This document shows, one piece after another, positions 1-5,631 of a DNA stretch of 11,514 nt. Each line of letters begins with the position of its first letter. Positions within the stretch are counted from its first letter, which is position 1. The stretch comes from a candidate division WOR-3 bacterium (lineage in GTDB: Bacteria > Hydrothermota > Hydrothermia > JBDRYB01), in contig JBDRYB010000040.1 of the NCBI GenBank assembly GCA_039803205.1, forward strand, positions 1 to 11,514, read 5' to 3'. Both the position numbers and the translations under genes were made by a program. A model generated the notes under the pieces. The model was not told the origin of the DNA. It was given only the letters and a program-made list of their open reading frames with translations, and searched no databases.

Positions 1-10
1 GAGAATGAGA

Positions 11-27
11 TGTCAATGATCTTGACA
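11..27. promoter_or_regulatory. Inverted repeat TGTCAA-N5-TTGACA (back-to-back -35 hexamers or operator)
   Basis: tgtcaa (11-16) and ttgaca (22-27) are perfect reverse complements. Each half reads as a consensus -35 on its own strand. Confidence 0.5.
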
Positions 28-51
28 ACATGGGGTATAATTTGTTATGCT
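22..51 (+). promoter_or_regulatory. Putative sigma70 promoter for the 209-463 gene
   Basis: Perfect -35 TTGACA (22-27), 18-bp spacer, -10 TATGCT (46-51) preceded by extended-10 TG at 43-44. AT-rich context. Confidence 0.55.
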
Positions 52-208
52 TTGCGCCTTTATATGAAAGAACACAGCCCAATCCTCCTCAAAGGCCTCG
101 TGAGAACAACAGGGGCCAGGGAATACGGTCTGAGGTGGAGAAGGGTTGTTCTCATACTTGAGAAGGCTACTGTGAGAAGAAAGGTAAACAGAACAAGGAG
201 AAACAAAC

Positions 209-463
209 ATGATGTGGGCTCATCCGTGCAAAGATGATGTTGAGCTCCTCTTAGCTTGTGGGAAGGGTCCTGTTCTGGTGAGATATCTCAAGGCCTGGGC
301 CTTAGGGAAGGGCTGGAGCAGGACAAAGTTCTACAGGAAGCTGGCCAGGCTCAGGAAATACGGGTGGATAATCCAGAAAGAGGCAGTGGTTTGGGTCAGC
401 AAATTGGGAATAAAGGTCATCAGGGCTTGGGAAAAAGCGAGAGCCAACAAATTGGGTTCTTAA
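209..463 (+). CDS. Small basic winged helix-turn-helix DNA-binding protein (MarR/ArsR/PadR-like fold)
   Basis: RBS AAGGAG at 195-200, 8 nt before ATG. Recognition-helix/wing pattern WSRTKFYRKLARLRKYGWII..EAVVWVSKLGIKVI resembles S..T..R.L..L...G.I.....y.lT..G of wHTH proteins. Confidence 0.65.
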   Translation: MMWAHPCKDDVELLLACGKGPVLVRYLKAWALGKGWSRTKFYRKLARLRKYGWIIQKEAVVWVSKLGIKVIRAWEKARANKLGS

Positions 464-475
464 GGAGTCTATCTG

Positions 476-799
476 ATGAGGATAGCGCCAGCTGGAAGAG
501 CCAGACCATCATGGTCCTATCCGATAAAAATATCCGACGAAACGAGAACACGGGGGGCAGAACCCAACAAACCCCTCGCTTGCCGTGATTCCCTGGGAAC
601 CTGGTCAAGGGGAAAGAGGTTCCTGATAACAGAGGACGGAAGGGAGGCCTTACTGATGAGAAAGAGGTGGCTGAAGAATAATGGGAATTGGCATGTTTTC
701 AGTGAAAATTCAGCTCCTCTTAGTTTGCCCCTTGATATTCCACGCGTTTTCATGTATAAAATAGATGTGCATGCACAACTAAAAGAAGGAGGTTTTTGA
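476..799 (+). CDS. 107-aa hypothetical protein: 30 unique residues plus the tail shared with B2 (orphan tail module or remnant)
   Basis: RBS TAAGGAG at 461-467. From NKPLACR onward it is identical to the B2 C-terminus except one V/L change. It overlaps the internal promoter, so coding status is uncertain. Confidence 0.4.
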   Translation: MRIAPAGRARPSWSYPIKISDETRTRGAEPNKPLACRDSLGTWSRGKRFLITEDGREALLMRKRWLKNNGNWHVFSENSAPLSLPLDIPRVFMYKIDVHAQLKEGGF

Positions 800-833
800 A
801 CCATGATCGGGATTGTTTTGTTTCTGCTTTCGG
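566..833 (+). repeat. Junction block J1, copy 1 (tail peptide + promoter + RBS + start of A gene)
   Basis: Direct repeat of 7619-7886 (offset 7053), with 2 mismatches before the ATG and 2 in the first codons. 788-910 also closely matches 4151-4273. Confidence 0.97.
732..760 (+). promoter_or_regulatory. Putative sigma70 promoter upstream of A1
   Basis: TTGATA (732-737), 17 bp, TATAAA (755-760), then RBS AAGGAGGT (786-793). Box positions and 17-bp spacing are kept in the diverged copy at 4104-4132. Confidence 0.7.
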
Positions 834-2233
834 TTCAGCCAGGAAAGCCATGGGACTATACCCCTCTCTCCCCCAGGGATACTTCCTGGAATGTTGAGCT
901 AGTTGGATGGGTGGATGGGGTGGGGGAGGTGGAAGCCCTCGCGGCATCAGAGGACGGGAGGGTGGTTTACGCGAGTGCAGGGGATACTCCGTGGAGGGAC
1001 AGCTTGGTTATCGTGGACATCTCGGATCCAGCGAATCCTTATATCTACAAGAGGATAGGGCACGATAAGCTGGGTTGCGATGTAGTTACTGTCATAGACA
1101 CCTTTCTCTATGTGCAATGGTGGGGGCCCTCCCGAGTTTGGATCTCTGAGCTCTGGGTTATGGACATCAGGGATCCCCTGAATCCTCAGCTTGTTAACAT
1201 AGCTTACCACTATGAGAGTAACGCCAAAGACTCCCTTGAGTGGTGGGGATGGGATGGCCGCGTTTACCGTCATCCTTCTAAAGATACAATTTTCTATGCT
1301 TTTGGATGGCTGAAATCCTTCAGTATAAGTGATCCACTGAACCCAAAGCTGATAGGCGCCTTAGCGATCAGTACTGGAATCCAATCTGTCTCATGGCCGT
1401 ATGCCTTTATACTCTTGGGTGGTGTTCCTCACTCCTACTGGGAAATCTATGACCTCTCCGACCCCTCTCATATGTTCCTTGTTCACAGGGACTCTGTATA
1501 TGAGCCATATGAGTGGCCCAAATGCATAGCCGCGTGGGAATATAACGGAAAGAGGTATGTTTATATCCACGGAGGGGCAAGCTACGACTACTCCTATGAT
1601 GTGACAGATCCGACAAATCCGAGGCTTGTGCACTGGGGGCACAGGGAGAGGGGAGCCATATCTTTGGTTCATGGGCTAAGGGGTTATGGAGGATATTATG
1701 GTTTTGCTGTATTTGACCTCACTGACCCCTATTATATTCCCGTGATTGCGGAGTATCCTATTGAACCTCCCCTCACATACATAACCCATCCCTATCTGTG
1801 GGCTAACGGCTATGTTGTTACGAGAGCGGGTATTTATGGAGGCAACCACGGCCTCGCCATCTTCCACTACATCTACGACACTATCCCAGAAGACACATCA
1901 GACACCACAGAGCATTACCTTGAATGGGTCAGGACAATCTACACCGGGCCTGAGCTCAGCTTTTCAATCTCTCAACAAGCTCATGTTTCCTTCACTCTCT
2001 TTAACATCTCAGGCCAGAAAGCCCATGAGAGAGACCTCGGAACATTAGCTCCTGGCCCTCACACAATATCCCTACCTGGCCTTAAGCCAGGGGTCTATTT
2101 CCTCCATCTCAGGATAAACAACAAGCTCATAGAGAAGAAGATCATCTTCACACAGGAAGGGGGTTTTTACCGGGATGACAATCCCATAAAACCAGCAAAC
2201 AAAGGCTCAAAAGAAACCAAGAGGAGGTTGTAA
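803..2233 (+). CDS. A1: LVIVD-repeat beta-propeller protein with C-terminal T9SS/Por-type sorting domain
   Basis: Six repeats such as LVIVDISDPANP, LWVMDIRDPLNP, YSYDVTDPTNP. Acidic linker DTIPEDTSDTT. Sorting-domain motifs FTLFNISGQK..LKPGVYFLHL..KKII. Short hydrophobic N-terminus and strong RBS. Confidence 0.88.
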   Translation: MIGIVLFLLSVQPGKPWDYTPLSPRDTSWNVELVGWVDGVGEVEALAASEDGRVVYASAGDTPWRDSLVIVDISDPANPYIYKRIGHDKLGCDVVTVIDTFLYVQWWGPSRVWISELWVMDIRDPLNPQLVNIAYHYESNAKDSLEWWGWDGRVYRHPSKDTIFYAFGWLKSFSISDPLNPKLIGALAISTGIQSVSWPYAFILLGGVPHSYWEIYDLSDPSHMFLVHRDSVYEPYEWPKCIAAWEYNGKRYVYIHGGASYDYSYDVTDPTNPRLVHWGHRERGAISLVHGLRGYGGYYGFAVFDLTDPYYIPVIAEYPIEPPLTYITHPYLWANGYVVTRAGIYGGNHGLAIFHYIYDTIPEDTSDTTEHYLEWVRTIYTGPELSFSISQQAHVSFTLFNISGQKAHERDLGTLAPGPHTISLPGLKPGVYFLHLRINNKLIEKKIIFTQEGGFYRDDNPIKPANKGSKETKRRL

Positions 2234-2241
2234 ACCATGAA
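1854..2241 (+). repeat. Junction block J2, copy 1 (A linker + sorting domain + RBS + first codons of B)
   Basis: 388-bp direct repeat of 5244-5631 (offset 3390), 19 mismatches by manual count, no indels. Confidence 0.97.
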
Positions 2242-4162
2242 GAGGATATGCAAGACCATAGTGGCCATCGTGGCCACGGCTGGGATGTGTCTGGGATTCT
2301 ACGGCCAGCCATTCGGGGTGAACCCTGCTGGGTTCAACTACTTCAGAGACTTCCCTCATCCTAATGTGAAGACCCTCTGGCAGGACCTTACTCCTGGGCC
2401 TGAGGAGGCCTATATCTGGCACGGGAAACCAGGGGATTGGGGATTGGGGACGCGCCTTACCTGGGCAGACCTCTACCTCCCAAGATATGCGGTTGGCTTT
2501 GATGATTGGGGTGGTGGACCTCCAGCCTGGTGGGAATATGACTGGAACAAGCCCAAACCAGGATATTGGTTTCCACCATACTGGCTTTATTGTGATTCCC
2601 TCGTTGAAACCGCGAGGAAGCTCAAGCAAAACGGAAGGAAACCAGTTTGTGTTCTCTTTAGCTGGGATATGCCCAAGTTCCTGCCCGATTGGTCAAAGGG
2701 ACCCCCATATCCAGCCAGGTATGTCTCACCTTGTCCATTTGGGTGGAATGAAGCTTTTCCCGTTTCTCCGCCCCACGGGGTTCAGATAAGGGTCTACACC
2801 GACTTTGATGGTGAAGTGCCCCCTGAGTATTACATGGCTACATTTGATGACGATGTCCTTGATACTGTCTTCCACTGGGCTTTGGCTGAGAAAGCTTTGG
2901 GGGAAGGGATGAGCGAGGGCTGGCTCATCAACCCGTATACCCAAACAGAGGAATACAACCGGTGGAAAACCGACATGAGGGAGATGGCACGGGAGCTAAA
3001 AAGGGCAGGGGCTGAGGGGAACATAGACTACTTCATCATAGGATGGCTTGGAGCACCCGCGGACTGGTATTACAGGGTATTTTGCTGGGAACCGCCTTTG
3101 GAGATACCAGGTTATCCTAATAGGGCTGACTCCATCGTTCTCTGCGGAAAGGGGGCTCCAGAATCTCAAGGCGGTTATGGTCCCCCCATATTCATAGAAA
3201 ACCCCGACGCCACCTGGGCCATAAACGAGATGCACTGGAGAGGGTTTGATCCTGTGGACCCCCCAGGAGAACAACATGTTCGGTTCTGGACTAGGATAGT
3301 GCTCCTGCCTGATACGAGCATAGACACCATACCTTCCCCATCGGATACCGTAGCGGTTGTGGTGGTTCACCTCTGGGCCGTGAATTACTGGAAGCCAAAA
3401 CCAGATGAGCCGCCGAACTCAGCCGCGCCCCCCAGCATAAGCGACACCTTTGTCCTGGTTGTCAGCTCTGAGTTCCGGGACTGGGTTGTCTCAACAACAA
3501 ACCCCAAGTGGAAATACGAATGGTATCTCAAACCCCTGCTTGAGATACTCCAGGATGAACTTCCTGGTGTAAAGAGGGTTGTATGGCTCGGGGAGCAGAA
3601 CGCTGGGTATCACGGGGGATGCATGCCGGAACCGGGAGGGAATAGGCCGTATTGGCCCGGCGTGCAGAGATGGCACCTGTTCTACGGGTGGCTCAGGGAT
3701 AATGGGATAGATGGTTATCCTGGATGCTGGTTTTGGGGGGATAGCATGAGATCGCACTGGATGCTCGATTATCCAGGGCATTCGTGGCCAGACCCCACGG
3801 GCATCCTTGACCACGCCTCTCAGCTTTTAATCCAGACAGGCGGAGCCTCTCTCATAGACGGCATATCCTTCAACCTCTACATCTGCCACTGGGTAGAAAA
3901 CTGGAACCCGAACGACCCAGAATCGGACCCCTACAAGCGTATAGGCCCTGACATGGAGCAGATAGCCGCCTTCAATGACTCCCTGGGAGGGAAGGAGATA
4001 CTTCTGAGGGAAATCATCCCTCCAATTGCCGGAAAATCCCGGGATGAGAAAGAGGCTGTTTCTCATGTTTTAAATGAAAATTCAGCCCCTCTCATATTGT
4101 TCCTTGATAGTCCACGTGTTTCCGGTTATAAGCTTATTAGCGCGCTAAGAGGAGGTTTTTGA
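2237..4162 (+). CDS. B1: secreted GH-A-like TIM-barrel protein, C-terminally truncated and fused to a degenerate J1 tail
   Basis: Signal peptide MKRICKTIVAIVATAGMCLG. Motifs PFGVN, LTWADL, DSLVETARKLKQNGRKPVCVL, WLGEQN, DGISFNLY, KEILLRE. Clear paralogue of B2 and B3 but lacks their segment after ITE(L/M)G. Confidence 0.7.
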   Translation: MKRICKTIVAIVATAGMCLGFYGQPFGVNPAGFNYFRDFPHPNVKTLWQDLTPGPEEAYIWHGKPGDWGLGTRLTWADLYLPRYAVGFDDWGGGPPAWWEYDWNKPKPGYWFPPYWLYCDSLVETARKLKQNGRKPVCVLFSWDMPKFLPDWSKGPPYPARYVSPCPFGWNEAFPVSPPHGVQIRVYTDFDGEVPPEYYMATFDDDVLDTVFHWALAEKALGEGMSEGWLINPYTQTEEYNRWKTDMREMARELKRAGAEGNIDYFIIGWLGAPADWYYRVFCWEPPLEIPGYPNRADSIVLCGKGAPESQGGYGPPIFIENPDATWAINEMHWRGFDPVDPPGEQHVRFWTRIVLLPDTSIDTIPSPSDTVAVVVVHLWAVNYWKPKPDEPPNSAAPPSISDTFVLVVSSEFRDWVVSTTNPKWKYEWYLKPLLEILQDELPGVKRVVWLGEQNAGYHGGCMPEPGGNRPYWPGVQRWHLFYGWLRDNGIDGYPGCWFWGDSMRSHWMLDYPGHSWPDPTGILDHASQLLIQTGGASLIDGISFNLYICHWVENWNPNDPESDPYKRIGPDMEQIAAFNDSLGGKEILLREIIPPIAGKSRDEKEAVSHVLNENSAPLILFLDSPRVSGYKLISALRGGF

Positions 4163-4273
4163 ACCATGATCGGGATTGCATTGTTTCTGCTTTCGGTTCA
4201 GCCAGGAAAGCCATGGGGCTATACCCCTCTCTCCCCCGAGGATGCCTCCTGGAATGTTGAGCTCGTGGGATGG
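4043..4273 (+). repeat. Junction block J1, degenerate copy, continuing into the conserved A1/A2 5' end
   Basis: gatgagaaagagg (4043-4055 = 655-667). catgtttt..tgaaaattcagc.cctct, cttgata.tccacg and ggaggtttttgaaccatgatcgggattg align with copy 1. High identity to A1 continues to ggatgg at 4273. Confidence 0.9.
4104..4132 (+). promoter_or_regulatory. Putative sigma70 promoter upstream of A2, inside the B1 coding tail
   Basis: TTGATA (4104-4109), 17 bp, TATAAG (4127-4132). RBS GAGGAGGT follows. Confidence 0.62.
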
Positions 4274-5623
4274 CTTGATTCAGTGGGAGTGGAAATAGGG
4301 AGTATGGTGGCCCATGAGAACGGTAAGGTGGTCTATATGAGCGTGAGAATGAGCGGGGACACCAGCGCCATATTGGTTTTGGACATCTCGGATCCGACCA
4401 ATCCTTACATCTATAAAGAAATACGCAACGATAGCCTCCGCAGAGCAGGAATAGCTGGCAGAACTGGAAATTACCTTCATGTGTGGTGGAGAGATTACTT
4501 TGGCCCCAACAAATTTGTGTATGTGTGGGATGCTTATGACATCTCAGACCCCCTTGAGCCGGTGTATGTGAAAACGATCTGGACATATGTAGGTGGATGG
4601 GAAAAACAGCCGGGGAACATGTTCTGGGGTGGTGGCTGGGTCCGCGACACCATCCTTTACGGAAAGGACGAATACAAGGCTTTTAACATAACCGACCCAT
4701 TAAACCCTATTCTGCTTGGTAGTGTAAATGCTGGTGGTGGTTATTGCTCCACTTTCTTTTATCCTTATGCTTACTCTGCTCACCCCCGTGATACAAGCGG
4801 ATTCTTCTTTTTTGAGATAGTTGACATCTCCGACCCCACAAACATGTTCCTGGTTAAAACTGATACCCTCTGGGCCCCTTTTGCTCAATATCCCATGGCA
4901 ATTGGCGCTTGGCAAAGCCCGGAGGGCAGAATTTATGTTTATATGGCTGGTCTCAGCGGCTACGCGTGGAGCCTTGATGTGACTGACCCACATCACCCCG
5001 TAGTTCTCCATTGGGGCATGAGGGACGAACAGATAGTCTATGGAGGAATAACCCGGGGGAGCAGGTTCTATGGCTTTGGTTATGAGAATAATCTGGTAGT
5101 CTATTCCCTTGAAGACCCCTACTGGGTTCCAGTGATAGGGAGATACCGGTGCGATTCTATAGACTATACTGACGGGGGCACCTGGGCTAACGGATACATA
5201 GTGGCCAAAGGGAGACCTTATCCATTTGATACATTTGATCTCATCGCCATCTTCCACTACATTGGGGACACTATCCCAGAGGACACATCAGACACCACAG
5301 AGCATTACCTTGAATGGGTCAGGACAATCTACACCGGGCCTGAGCTCAGCTTTTCGATCTCTCAACAAGCTCGTGTCTCATTCAGCTTGTTCAACATCTC
5401 AGGCCAGAAAGCCTATGAGAGAGACCTCGGAACATTAGCCCCTGGCCCTCACACAATATCCCTACCTGGCCTAAAGCCAGGGGTCTATTTCCTCCATCTC
5501 AGGATAAACAACAAGCTCATAGAGAAGAAGATCATCTTCACACAGGAAGGGGGTTTTTACCGGGATGACAATCCTATAAGACCAGCAAACAAAGGCTCAA
5601 AAGAAACCAAGAGGAGGTTGTAA
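4166..5623 (+). CDS. A2: LVIVD-repeat beta-propeller protein with C-terminal T9SS/Por-type sorting domain
   Basis: Repeats ILVLDISDPTNP, AYDISDPLEP, FNITDPLNP, FEIVDISDPTN, WSLDVTDPHHP, LVVYSLEDPY. C-terminal ~125 aa almost identical to A1. Confidence 0.88.
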   Translation: MIGIALFLLSVQPGKPWGYTPLSPEDASWNVELVGWLDSVGVEIGSMVAHENGKVVYMSVRMSGDTSAILVLDISDPTNPYIYKEIRNDSLRRAGIAGRTGNYLHVWWRDYFGPNKFVYVWDAYDISDPLEPVYVKTIWTYVGGWEKQPGNMFWGGGWVRDTILYGKDEYKAFNITDPLNPILLGSVNAGGGYCSTFFYPYAYSAHPRDTSGFFFFEIVDISDPTNMFLVKTDTLWAPFAQYPMAIGAWQSPEGRIYVYMAGLSGYAWSLDVTDPHHPVVLHWGMRDEQIVYGGITRGSRFYGFGYENNLVVYSLEDPYWVPVIGRYRCDSIDYTDGGTWANGYIVAKGRPYPFDTFDLIAIFHYIGDTIPEDTSDTTEHYLEWVRTIYTGPELSFSISQQARVSFSLFNISGQKAYERDLGTLAPGPHTISLPGLKPGVYFLHLRINNKLIEKKIIFTQEGGFYRDDNPIRPANKGSKETKRRL

Positions 5624-5631
5624 ACCATGAA
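5244..5631 (+). repeat. Junction block J2, copy 2
   Basis: Direct repeat of 1854-2241. Confidence 0.97.

Noticed and set aside
10..237. 75-aa ORF 10-237
   Set aside because: It overlaps the predicted promoter and the start of the better-supported 209-463 gene, and has no clear RBS or motif.
562..630. J1 core as an integron attC site (ACCCAAC start, imperfect hairpin cccc..ttgcc/ggtcaa gggg, GTT near the end, PNKPL-like translation)
   Set aside because: The right end GTTCCTG/GTTTCTG does not fit GTTRRRY and is not complementary to the left boxes. L boxes do not pair cleanly, identity continues past the would-be crossover, and no integrase is in the window. An attC covariance-model search would settle it.
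2237..2296. Lipoprotein signal in B1 (TAGMC)
   Set aside because: It is a poor match to the lipobox, and the paralogues B2/B3 have no equivalent Cys.
1854..5631. Diversity-generating retroelement TR/VR pair in the J2 repeats
   Set aside because: Mismatches are not adenine-specific and many are synonymous. Both copies are coding and no reverse transcriptase is present.
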